A DNA stretch of 64,000 nucleotides from Eledone cirrhosa (Eukaryota): the NCBI GenBank assembly GCA_964016885.1, contig OZ024740.1, positions 29,946,001 to 30,010,000 on the forward strand. Reading direction: 5' to 3'. The notes under the pieces are model-generated. The model was not told the origin of the DNA, searched no databases, and saw only the letters and a list, made by a program, of their open reading frames with translations. The position numbers and the translations under genes are program-made. Below, in pieces: positions 48,991 to 61,900 of this stretch. Within the stretch, counting starts at the first letter, position 1, and every line of letters starts with the position of its first letter.

Positions 48991-49061
48991 TATAAATACC
49001 CAAATGACTTTAGAGACATGAAATGTTCCAGACAGCAGATTAAAAAATAAAACCAACATCA

Positions 49062-49337
<276 letters not shown>

Positions 49338-49428
49338 CACGGCATCAAACAGTTTTAAAAGATGTGAAGGAGAGTGAAATAGGGTTATTTAGATGAACGG
49401 CGCCTATATCGATCTCCAAAATCACTAG

Positions 49429-49895
49429 CACCATAGTGGAGAGAATGTTATACACAACACCATAGTGGAGTAAGGGTATACACAAGACCATAGTTGAGAG
49501 AATGTTATACACAAACCATAGAGGCGAGAATGTTATACACAAGACCATAGAGGAGAGAATATTACACACAAGACCATAGTGAAGAGAATAATTTTACACA
49601 ATACCATAGTGGAGAGAATATGATACACAATACCATAGTGAAGAGAATATTATACACAATACCATAGTGGAGAGAATGCTATACACAAGACCATAGTGAA
49701 GAGAATATTATACACAATACCATAGTGGAGAGAATGTTATACACAAGACCATAGTGGAGAGAATGTTAAACATAAGACCATAGTGGAGATAATAATATAC
49801 ACAAGAACATAGTGAAGAGAATGTCATACTTAAGACGATAGTGGAGAGAATGTTATACATAAGACCATAGTGGAGATAATAATGTACACAAGATA
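49429..49895 (+). repeat. ~29-bp minisatellite, about 16 copies
   Basis: Unit ACCATAGTGGAGAGAATGTTATACACAAG. Confidence 0.92.
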
Positions 49896-49904
49896 ATGTG
49901 GAGA

Positions 49905-52900
49905 CACCAACAACAACAGTACTAATAACAACAGCAGTAACAACAACAACAACAACAACAACAAACAACAACACCAATAACAGCAACAGTAACCACAAGA
50001 ACAGCAGTAACAACAACAGCAGCACCATTAACAGCAACAGTAACAACAACAGCAGCACCCATAACAAGAAGAGTAACAACAACAACAGCACCAATAACAA
50101 CAACAGTAACAGCACTAATAACAACAAAATTAACAACAACATCAATGATAACAGCAACAGTAACAACAGCAGCACCAATAACAACAACAGTAACAACAGC
50201 AGCAGCAATAACAACAACAGTAACAACAACAGCACCAATAACAACAACAGTAACAACAACAGCAGCACCAATAACAGCAACAGTAACAACAACAACACTA
50301 ATAAAAGCAAAGTAACAACAACAGCACCAATAACAGCTAATGTAACAACAACTGCAGCACCAATAAAAGCAACAGTAACAACAACAGCAGCAACAATAAC
50401 AGCTAAAGTAACAACAACAGCAGCACCAATAACAGCAACAGTAACAACAACAACACTAATAACAGCAAAGTAACAACAACAGCACCAATAACAACAACAG
50501 TAACAACAACAGCAGCACCAATAACAGCAACAGTAACAACAATAGCAGCACCAAAAACAGCTAAAGTAACAACAACAACATCAGCAATAACAGCAACAGT
50601 AACAACAACAGCACCAATAACAGCAATAGTAACAACAGCAGCACCAATAACAACAACAGTAACAACAACAGCAGCACCAATAACAACAACAGTAACAACA
50701 ACAGCACCAATAACAACAACAGTAACAACAACAGCAGCACCAATAACAGCAACAGTAACAACAACAACACTAATAAAAGCAAAGTAACAACAACAGCACC
50801 AATAACAGCTAATGTAACAACAACTGCAGCACCAATAAAAGCAACAGTAACAACAACAGCAGCAACAATAACAGCTAAAGTAACAACAACAGCAGCACCA
50901 ATAACAGCAACAGTAACAACAACAACACTAATAACAGCTAAAGTAACAACAACAGCAGCACCAATAACAACAACAGTAACAGCAACAGCACCAATAACAG
51001 CAAAGTAACAACAAAAACAGCACCAATAACAGCAACAGTAACAACAACAGCAGCACCAATAACAACAAGAGTTACAATAGCAGCACCAATAACAGCAACA
51101 GTAACAACAACAGCAGCAATAACAGCAACAGTAACAACAAAAACAGCACCAATAACAGCAACAGTAACAACAACAGCAGCAATAACAGCAACAGTAACAA
51201 CAAAAACAGCACCAATAATAGCAACAGTAACAACAACATCACCAATAACAGCAACAGTAACAACAACAACATCACCAATAACAGCAACAGTAACAACAAC
51301 AACATCACCAATAGCAACAACAATAACAACAACAACAACATCAATAACAACAACAGTAACAACAATAGCAACACCAATAACAGCAACAGTAACAACAACA
51401 TCACCAATAACAGCAACAGTAACAACAACAACATCACCAATAACAGCAACAGTAACAACAACAACATCACCAATAACAACAACAATGACAACAACAACAG
51501 CATCAATAACAACAACAGTAACAACAATAGCAGCACCAATAACAACAGTAACAACAATAGCAGCACCATTAACAGCGACAGTAACAAACAACAACAGCAC
51601 CAAAAACCGCAACAGTAACAACAACAACAACACAAATAACAGCAACAATAACAACAACAACAGCACCAATAACAGCAACAGTAACAACAACAGCACCAAT
51701 AACAGCAACAGTAACAACAACAGCAGCATCAACAGTAACAACACCAGTAACAAAAACACCATTACTGTTGCTGTTACTGGTGCTGCTGTTGTTGTTACTG
51801 TTGTTGTTATTATTGCTGTTGTTGTTACTGTTGTTGTTATTGGTGATGTTGTTGTTGCTACTGTTGTTGTTATTGTTGCTGTTGTTGTTAATGTTGCTGT
51901 TATTGTTGCTGTTGTTGATGCTGTTGTTGTTGTTACTGTTGCTCTTTTTGGTGATGTTGCTGTTGTTACTGTTGCTGTTTTTGGTGCTGTTGTTGTTACT
52001 GTTGCTGTTATTGGTGATGTTGTTGTTAATGTTGTTGTTGTTAATGTTGTTGTTAGTGTTGCTGTTGTTGTTGTTACTTTGCTGTTATTAGTGCTGTTGT
52101 TGTTACTGTTGCTGTTATTAGTGTTGTTGTTGTTGTTACTGTTGTGTTATTGGTGATGTTGTTGTTGTTACGGTTGTGTTATTGGTGATGTTGTTGTTGC
52201 AACTGTTGTTGTTATTGGTGCTGCTGTTGTTGTTACTGTTGCTGTTATTGGTGCTGTTGTTGTTGCTACTGTTGCTGTTATTGGTGCTGTTGTTGTTGTT
52301 ACTGTTGCTGTTATTGGTGATGTTGTTGTTGTTACTGTTGTTGTTATTGATGCTGTTGTTGTTGTTACTCTTGTTGTTATTGGTGATTTTGTTGTTGTTA
52401 CAGTAGCTGTTATTGGTGATGTTGTTGTTGTTACTGCTGTTGTTACTGCTGTTGTTACTGCTGTTGTTATTGATGCTGTTGTTGTTGTTACTGTTGATGT
52501 TATTGGTGCTGTTGTTGTTACTGTTGTTGTTATTGGTGATGTTGTTGTTGTTACTGTTGCTGTTATTGGTGCTGTTGTTGTTGTTACTGTTGTTGTTATT
52601 GGTGATGTTGTTGTTGTAACTGTTGCTGTTATTGGTGATGTTGTTGTTGTTTCTGTTGTTGTTATTGATGCAGTTGTTGTTGTTACTGTTGCTGTTATTG
52701 GTGCTGTTGTTGTTGTTACTGTTGTTGTTATTGGTGATGTTGTTGTTGTTACTGTTGTTGTTATTGATGCTGTTGTTGTTGTTACTGTTGTTGTTATTGA
52801 TGCTGTTGTTGTTGTTACTGTTGCTGTTATTGGTGCTGTTGTTGTTGTTTCTGTTGTTGTTATTGGTCATGTTGTTGTTGTTACTGTTGCTGTTATTGGT

Positions 52901-55900
52901 GCTGTTGTTGTTGTTACTGTTGTTGTTATTGGTGCTGCTGTTGTTGTTACTGTTGCTGTTATTGGTGATGTTGTTGTTACTGTTGCTGTTTTTGGTGCTG
53001 CTGTTATTGTTACTGTTGCTGTTATTGGTGCTGTTCTTGTTACTGTTGCTGTTATTGGTGCTGTTGTTGTTGTTACTCTTGCTGTTATTGGTGATGTTGT
53101 TGTTACTGTTGCTGTTATTGGTGCTGCTGTTGTTGTTACTGTTGCTGTTATTGGTGCTGCTGTTGTTGTTACTGTTGCTGTTTTTGGTGCTGTTGTTGTT
53201 ACTGTTGCTGTTATTGGTGCTACTGTTATTGTTACTGTTGCTGTTATTGGTGCTGCTGTTGTTGTTACTGTTGCTGTTATTGGTGCTGCTGTTGTTGTTA
53301 CTGTTGCTGTTATTGGTGCTGTTGTTGTTACTGTTGCTGTAATTGGTGCTGTTGCTGTTACTGTTGCTGTTATTGGTGCTGCTGTTGTTACTGTTGCTGT
53401 TATTGGTGCTGCTGTTGTTACTGTTGCTGTTATTGGTGCTGTTGTGTTACTGTTGCTGTTATTGGTGCTGTTGTTGTTACTGTTGCTGTAATTGGTGCTG
53501 TTGCTGTTACTGTTGCTGTTATTGGTGCTGCTGTTGTTACTGTTGCTGTTATTGGTGCTGTTGTGTTACTGTTGCTGTTATTGGTGCTGTTGCTGTTACT
53601 GTTGCTGTTATTGGTGCTGCTGTTGTTACTGTTGCTGTTATTGGTGCTGTTGTTGTTACTGTTGCTGTTGTTGTTACTGTTGTTGTTACTCTTGCTGTTA
53701 TTGGTGCTGTTGCTGTTACTGTTGCTGATATTGGTGCTGCTGTTGTTGTTACTGTTGCTGTTATTGGTGCTGCTGTTGTTGTTACTGTTGAGGTTATTGG
53801 TGCTGTTGTTGTTACTGTTGCTGTTATTGGTGCTGTTGTTGTTGTTACTGTTGCTGTTATTGCTGCTGTTGTTGTTGTTGTTACTGTTTCTGTTATTGGT
53901 GCTGTTGCTGTTGTTACTGTTGCTGTTATTGGTGCTGCTGTTGTTGTTACTGTTGTTGTTACTGTTGCTGTTATTGGTGATGTTGTTGTTGTTACAGTTG
54001 TTGTTATTGGTGCTGCTGTTGTTGTTACTGTTGCTGTTATTGGTGTTGTTGTTGTTGCTACTGTTGTTGTTATTGGTGCTGTTGTTGTTGTTACTGTTGC
54101 TGTTATTGGTGTTGTTGTTGTTGCTACTGTTGCTCTTATTGGTGCTGTTGTTGTTACTGTTGCTGTTATTGGTCCTGTTGTTGTTATTGGTGATGTAATT
54201 GGTGATGTTGTTGTTACTGTTGTTATTGGTGATGTTGTTGTTGCTACTGTTGTTGTTATTGTTGCTGTTGTTGTTGTTACTGCTGTTGTTATTGGTGATG
54301 TTGTTGTTGCTACTGTTGTTGTTATTGGTGCTGCTGTTGTTGTTACAGTTGTTGTTATTGGTGATGTTGTTGTTTCTACTGTTGTTGTTATTGTTGCTTT
54401 TGTTGTTATTACTGTTGTTCTTATTGGCGATGTTGTTGTTGTTAGTGTTGTTGTTATTGGTGATGTTGTTGTTGCTACTGTTGTTGTTATTGGTGCTGCT
54501 GTTGTTGTTATTGTTGTTGTTATTGGTGATGTTGTTGTTGCTACTGTTGTTGTTATTGTTGCTGTTGTTGTTGTTACTGGTGTTGTTATTGGTGATGTTG
54601 TTGATGTTACTGTTGTTGTTATTGGTGATGTTGTTGTTGTGACTGTTGTTGTTATTGGTGATGTTGTTGTTGTTACTGTTGTTGTTGTTACTGTTGTTGT
54701 TATTGGTGCTGTTGTTGTTACTGTTGCTGTTATTGGTGCTGTTGTTGTTTCTGTTGCTGATATTGGTGATGTTGTTGTTGTGACTGTTGTTGTTATTGGT
54801 GCTGTTGTTGTGGTTTCTGTTGTTGTTATTGGTGCTGTTGTTGTTGTTACTGTTGCTGTTATTGGTGATGTTGTTGTTGTTACAGTTGTTGTTATTGCTG
54901 CTGTTGTTGTTGTTAATGTTGCTGTTATTGGTGCTGCTCTTGTTACTGTTGCTGTTATTGGTGCTGTTGTTGTTGTTACTGTTGTTGTTATTGGTGATGT
55001 TGTTGTTGTTACTGTTGCTGTTATAGGTGATGTTGTTGTTACTGTTGCTGTTATTGGTGATGTTGTTGTTATTACTGTTGTTGTTATTGGTGATGTTGTT
55101 GTTGTTACTGTTGCGGTTATTGGTGCTGTTGTTGTTGTTATTGTTTCTGTTATTGGTGCTGTTGTTGTTACTGTTGCTGTTATTGGTGCTGCTGTTGTTG
55201 TTATTGTTGCTGTTATTGGTGCTGCTGTTGTTGTTATTGTTGCTGTTATTGGTGTTGTTGTTGTTGTTATTGTTGCTGTTATTGGTGCTGTTGTTGTTAC
55301 TGTTGCTGTTATTGGTGATGCTGTTGTTGTTACTCTTGCTGTTATTGGTGCTGTTGTTGTTGTTACTGTTGCTGTTATTGGTGATGTTGTTGTTGTTATT
55401 ATTGCTGTTATTGGTGCTGTTGTTGTTATTGTTGCTGTTGTTGTTACTGTTGTTTTTACTGTTGCTGTTATTGGTGCTGCTGTTGTTACTGTTGAGATTA
55501 TTGGTGCTGTTGTTGTTACTGTTGCTGTTATTGGTGCTGCTGTTGTTGTTACTGTTGTTGTTACTGTTGCTGTTATTGGTGCTGTTGTTGTTGTTACTGT
55601 AGCTGTTATTGGTGCTGTCGTGGTTGTTAATGTTGTTATTGGTGATGTTGTTCTTGTTAATGTTGCTGTTATTGGTGCTGCTGTTGCTGTTTCTCTTGTT
55701 GTTATAGGTGCTGTTGTTGTCGTTACTGTTGTTGTTATTGGTGATGTTGTTGTTGCTACTGTTGTTGTTATTGGTGATGCTGTTGTTGTTACTGTTGTTG
55801 TTATTGGTGATGTTGTTGTTGCTACTGTTGTTGTTATTGTTGCTGTTGTTGTTGTTACTGTTGTTGTTATTGGTGATGTTATTGTTGCTACTGTTGTTGT

Positions 55901-58900
55901 TATTGGTGATGTTGTTGATGTTACTGTTGTTGTTATTGGTGCTGCTGTTGTTGTGACTGTTGTTGTTATTGTTGCTGTTGTTGTTGTTACTCTTGTTGTT
56001 ATTGGTGCTGCTGTTGTTGTTACTGTTGTTGTTATTGGTGATGTTGTTGTTGCTACTGTTGTTGTTATAGTTGCTCTTGTTGTTGTTACTGTTGTTGTTA
56101 TTGGTGATGTTGTTGATGTTACTGTTGTTGTTATTGGTGATGTTGTTGTTGTTACTGTTGTTGTTATTGGTGATGTTGTTGTTACTGTTGTTGTTATTTG
56201 TGATGTTGTTGTTGTTACTGTTGTTGTTGTTACTGTTGTTGTTATTGGTGCTGCTGTTGTTACTGTTGTTGTTATTGGTGCTGTTGTTGTTACTGTTGCT
56301 GTTATTGGTGCTGTTATTGTTTCTGTTGCTGATATTGGTGATGTTGTTGTTGTTACTGTTGTTGTTATTGGTGCTGTTGTTGTTGTTTCTGTTGTTGTTA
56401 TTGGTGCTGTTGTTGTTGTTACTGTTGCTGTTATTGGTGATGGTGTTGTTGTTACTGTTGTTGTTATTGGTGATGTTGTTGTTGTTACTGTTGTTGTTAT
56501 TGGTGCTGTTGTTGTTACTGTTGTCGTTATTGGTGATGTTGTTTTTGTTACTGTTGTTGTTATTGGTGATGTTGTTGTTGTTACTGTTGTTGTTGTTACT
56601 GTTGTTGTTATTGGTGCTGCTGTTGTTACTGTTGTTGTTATTGGTGCTGTTGTTGTTACTGTTGCTGTTATTGGTGCTGTTATTGTTTCTGTTGCTGATA
56701 TTGGTGATGTTGTTGTTGTTACTGTTGTTGTTATTGGTGCTGTTGTTGTTGTTTCTGTTGTTGTTATTGGTGCTGTTGTTGTTGTTACTGTTGCTGTTAT
56801 TGGTGATGGTGTTGTTGTTACTGTTGTTGTTATTGGTGATGTTGTTGTTGTTACTGTTGTTGTTATTGGTGCTGTTGTTGTTGTTACTGTTGCTGTTATT
56901 GGTGATGTTGTTGTTGTTACTGTTGTTGTTATTGGCGCTGTTGTTGTGGTTTCTGTTGTTGTTATTGGTGCTGTTGTTGTTACTGTTGCTGTTATTGGTG
57001 CTGTTGTTGTTACTGTTGCTGTTATTGGTGCTGCTGTTGTTACTGTTGCTGTTATTGATGCTGTTGTTGTTGTTACTGTTGTTGTTATTGCTGATGTTGT
57101 TGTTGTTACTGTTGCTGTTATTGGTTCTACTGTTGTTGTTACTGTTGTTTTTATTGGTGCTGTTGTTGTTGTTTCTGTTTTTGTTATTGGTAATGTTGTT
57201 GTTGTTACTGTTGTTGTTATTGGTGCTGTTGTTGTTGTTACTATTGTTGTTATTGGTGCTCCTGTTGTTGTTACTGTTGCTGTTATTGGTGCTGCTGTTG
57301 TTACTGTTGCTGTTATTGATGCTGTTGTTGTTGTTACTGTTGTTGTTATTGCTGATGTTGTTGTTGTTACTGTTGCTGTTATTGGTTCTACTGTTGTTGT
57401 TACTGTTGTTTTTATTGGTGCTGTTGTTGTTGTTTCTGTTTTTGTTATTGGTGATGTTGTTGTTGTTACTGTTGTTGTTATTGGTGCTGTTGTTGTTGTT
57501 ACTATTGTTGTTATTGGTGCTCCTGTTGTTGTTACTGTTGCTGTTATTGGTGCTGTTGTTGTTGTTACTATTGTTGTTATTGGTGCTCCTGTTGTTGTTA
57601 CTGTTGTTGTTGGTGGTGCTGTTGTTGTTGTTTCTGTTGTTGTTATTGGTGATGTTGTTGTTGTTACTGTTTCTGTTATTGGTGCTGCTGTTGTTGTTAC
57701 TGTTGCTGTTATTGGTGCTACTGTTGCTACTGTTGCTGTTATTGGTGATGTTGTTGTTATCACTGTTGTTGTTATTGGTGATGTTGTTGTTGTTACTGTT
57801 GCTGTTATTCGTGCTGCTGTTGTTGTTACTGTTGTTGTTATTGGTGATGTTGTTGTTATTGTTGCTGTTATTGGTGCTGTTGTTGTTGTTACTGTTGCGG
57901 TTATTGGTGATGTTGTTGTTGTTATTGTTTCTGTTATTGGTGCTGTTGTTGTTACTGTTGCTGTTATTGGTGGTGCTGTTGTTGTTACTGTTGTTGTTAT
58001 TGGTGATGTTGTTGTTGTTATTGTTGCTGTTATTGGTGATGTTGTTGTTGTTACTGTTGCGGTTATTGGTGCTGTTGTTGTTGTTATTGTTTCTGTTATT
58101 GGTGCTGTTGTTGTTACTGTTGCTGTTATTGGTGGTGCTGTTGTTGTTACTGTTGTTGTTATTGGTGATGTTGTTGTTGTTATTGTTGCTGTTATTGGTG
58201 ATGTTGTTGTTGTTACTGTTGCGGTTATTGGTGCTGTTGTTGTTGTTACTGTTTCTGTTATTGGTGCTGTTGTTGTTACTGTTGCTGTTATTGGTGCTGT
58301 TGTTGTTGTTACCGTTGCTGTTATTGGTGATGTTGTTGTTGTTACCGTTGCTGTTATTGGTGCTGCTGTTGTTGTTATTGTTGCTGTTATTGGTGTTGTT
58401 GTTGTTTTTATTGTTGCTGTTATTGGTGCTGTTGTTGTTACTGTTGCTGTTATTGGTGATGCTGTTGTTGTTACTGTTGCTGTTATTGGTGCTGTTGTTG
58501 TTGTTACCGTTGCTGTTATTGGTGATGTTGTTGTTGTTATTGTTGCTGTTATTGGTGCTGTTGTTGTTACTGTTGTTGTTACTGTTGCTGTTATTGGTGC
58601 TGCTGTTGTTACTGTTGAGGTTATTGGTGCTGTTGTTGTTACTGTTGCTGTTATTGGTGCTGCTGTTGTTGTTACTGTTGTTGTTACTGTTGTTGTTATT
58701 GGTGATGTTGTTGTTGTTACTGTTGTTTTTATTGGTGCTGTTGTTGTTGTTTCTGTTTTTGTTATCGGTGATGTTGTTGTTGTTACTGTTGCTGTTATTG
58801 GTGCTGTTGTTGTTGTTACTATTGTTGTTATTGGTGCTCCTGTTGTTGTTACTGTTGCTGTTATTGGTGCTCCTGTTGTTGTTACTGTTGTTGTTGGTGG

Positions 58901-61900
58901 TGCTGTTGTTGTTGTTTCTGTTGTTGTTATTGGTGATGTTGTTGTTGTTACTGTTGCTGTTATTGGTGCTGTTGTTGTTGTTATTGTTGCTGTTATTGGT
59001 GATGTTGTTGTTGTTACTGTTGTTGTTATTGGTGATGTTATTGTTGTTACTGTTGTTGTTATTGGTGCTGCTGTCGTTACTGTTGTTGTTATTGGTGATA
59101 TTATTGTTTCTGCTGCTGATATTGGTGATGTTGTTGTTGTTACTGTTGTTGTTACTGGTGCTGTTGTTGTTGTTTCTGTTGTTGTTACTGGTGCTACTGT
59201 TGTTGTTAATGTTGCTGTTATTGGTGATGTTGTTGTTGTTACTGTTGTTGTTATTGGTGATGTTGTTGTTGTTACTGTTGTTGTTATTGCTGCAGTTGTT
59301 GTTGTTACTGTTGCTGTTATTGGTGCTGCTGTTGTTGTTACTGTTGTTGTTATTGATGATGTTGTTGTTGTTACTGTTGCTGTTATTGGTGCTGCTGCTG
59401 TTGTTACTGTTGTTGTTAATGGTGCTGTTGTTGTTGTTACTGTTGCTGTTATTGGTGATGTTGTTGTTGTTACTGCTGTTGTTATTGTTGCTGCTCTTGT
59501 TGTTACTGTTGCTGTTATTGGTGCTGTTGTTGTTGTTACTGTTGTTGTTATTGATGATGTTGTTGTTACTGTTGCTGTTATTGGTGATGTTGTTGTTGTT
59601 ACTGTTGTTGTTATTGGTGATGTTGTTGTTGTTACTGTTGCTGTTATTGGTGCTGCTGTTGTTGTTACTGTTGTTTTTATTGGTGCTGTTGTTGTTGTTT
59701 CTGTTTTTGTTATTGGTGATGTTGTTGTTGTTACTGTTGCTGTTATTGGTGCTGTTGTTGTTGTTACTGTTGCTGTTATTGGTGCTGCTGCTGTTGTTAC
59801 TGTTGTTTTTATTGGTGCTGTTGTTGTTGTTACTGTTGCTGTTATTGGTGCTGTTGTTGTTGTTACTATTGTTGTTATTGGTGATGTTGTTGTTGTTACT
59901 GTTGTTGTTATTGGTGCTCCTGTTGTTGTTACTGTTGATGTTATTGGTGCTCCTGTTGTTGTTACTGTTGTTGTTGTTTCTGTTGTTGTTATTGGTGATG
60001 TTGTTGTTGTTACTGTTGCTGTTATTGGTGCTGTTGTTGTTGTTTCTGTTGTTGTTATTGGTGATGTTGTTGTTGTTACTGTTGCTGTTATTGGTGCTGC
60101 TGTTGTTGTTACTGATGCCGTTATTGGTGCTGCTGTTGCTACTGTTGCTGTTATTGGTGATGTTGTTGTTATCACTGTTGTTGTTATTGGTGATGTTGTT
60201 GTTGTTACTGTTGTTGTTATTCGTGCTGCTGCTGTTTTTACTGTTGTTGTTATTGGTGATGTTGTTGTTATTGTTGCTGTTATTGGTGCTGTTGTTGTTG
60301 TTACTGTTGCGGTTATTGGTGCTGTTGTTGTTGTTATTGTTTCTGTTATTGGTGCTGTTGTTGTTACTGTTGCTGTTATTGGTGCTGCTGTTGTTGTTAT
60401 TGTTGCTGTTATTGGTGTTGTTGTTGTTGTTATTGTTGCTGTTATTGGTGCTGTTGTTGTTACTGTTGCTGTTATTGGTGACGCTGTTGTTGTTACTGTT
60501 GCTGTTATTGGTGCTGTTGTTGTTGTTACCGTTGCTGTTATTGGTGATGTTGTTGTTGTTATTGTTGCTGTTATTGGTGCTGTTGTTTTTACTGTTGCTG
60601 TTGTTGTTACTGTTGTTGTTATCGTTGCTGTTATTGGTGCTGCTGTTGTTGTTACTGTTGTTGTTACTGTTGCTGTTATTGGTACTGCTGTTGTTACTGT
60701 TGAGGTTATTGGTGCTGTTGTTGTTACTGTTGCTGTTATTGGTGCTGCTGTTGTTGTTACCGTTGCTGTTATTGGTGATGTTGTTGTTGTTATTGTTGCT
60801 GTTATTGGTGCTGTTGTTTTTACTGTTGCTGTTGTTGTTACTGTTGTTGTTATTGTTGCTGTTATTGGTGCTGCTGTTGTTGTTACTGTTGTTGTTACTG
60901 TTGCTGTTATTGGTACTGCTGTTGTTACTGTTGAGGTTATTGGTGCTGTTGTTGTTACTGTTGCTGTTATTGGTGCTGCTGTTGTTGTTGTTACTGTTGC
61001 TGTTATTGGTGCTGTTGTTGTTGTTACTGTTGCTGTTATTGATGCTGTTGTTGTTGTTGTTACTGTTGCTGTTATTGGTGCTGTTGTTGTTGTTACTGTT
61101 GCTGTTATTGCTGCTGTTGTTGTTGTTGTTACTGTTTCTGTTACTGGTGCTGTTGTTGTTGTTACTTTTGCTGTTATTAGTGCTGCTGTTGTTGTTACTG
61201 TTGTTGTTACTGTTGCTGTTATTGGTGCTGTTGTTGTTGTTACTGTTGTTGTTATTGGTGATGTTGTTGTTACTGTTGTTGTTATTGGTGATGTTGTTGA
61301 TGTTACTGTTGTTGTTATTGGTGATGTTGTGTTGTTACTGTTGCTGTTAGTGGTCCTGTTGTTGTTAGTGGTGATGTTATTGCTGATGTTGTTGTTGTTA
61401 CTGTTGCTGTTATTGGTGCTGTTGTTGTTGTTAGTGTTGCTGTTATTGGTGATGTTGTTCTTGTTACTGTTGCTGTTATTGGTGCTGTTGTTGTTGTTAG
61501 TGTTGCTGTTATTGGTGATGTTGTTGTTGTTACTGTTGCTGTTATTGGTGATGTTGTTGTTGTTACTGTTGCTGTTGTTGTTACTGTTGCTGTTATTGGT
61601 GCTGTCGTTGTTGTTAATGTTGTTATTGGTGATGTTGTTCTTGTTAATGTTGCTGTTATTGGTGCTGCTGTTGTTGTTTCTCTTGTTGTTATTGGTGCTG
61701 TTATTGTTGTTACTGTTGTTGTTATCGGTGATGCTGTTGTTGTTACTGTTGTTGTTATTGGTGCTGCAGTTGTTGTTACTGTTGTTGTTATTGGTGATGT
61801 TGTTGTTGCTACTGTTGTTGTTATCGGTGATGCTGTTGTTGTTACTGTTGTTGTTATTGGTGATGTTGTTGTTGCTACTGTTGTTGTTATTGTTGCTGGT

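Noticed and set aside
47148-48995. 615-aa N/T/P-rich ORF
   Set aside because: It is microsatellite translation with a non-ATG start and no domain.
49429-49895. CRISPR-like periodicity
   Set aside because: The units are contiguous with no unique spacers, there are no cas genes, and the context is eukaryotic.
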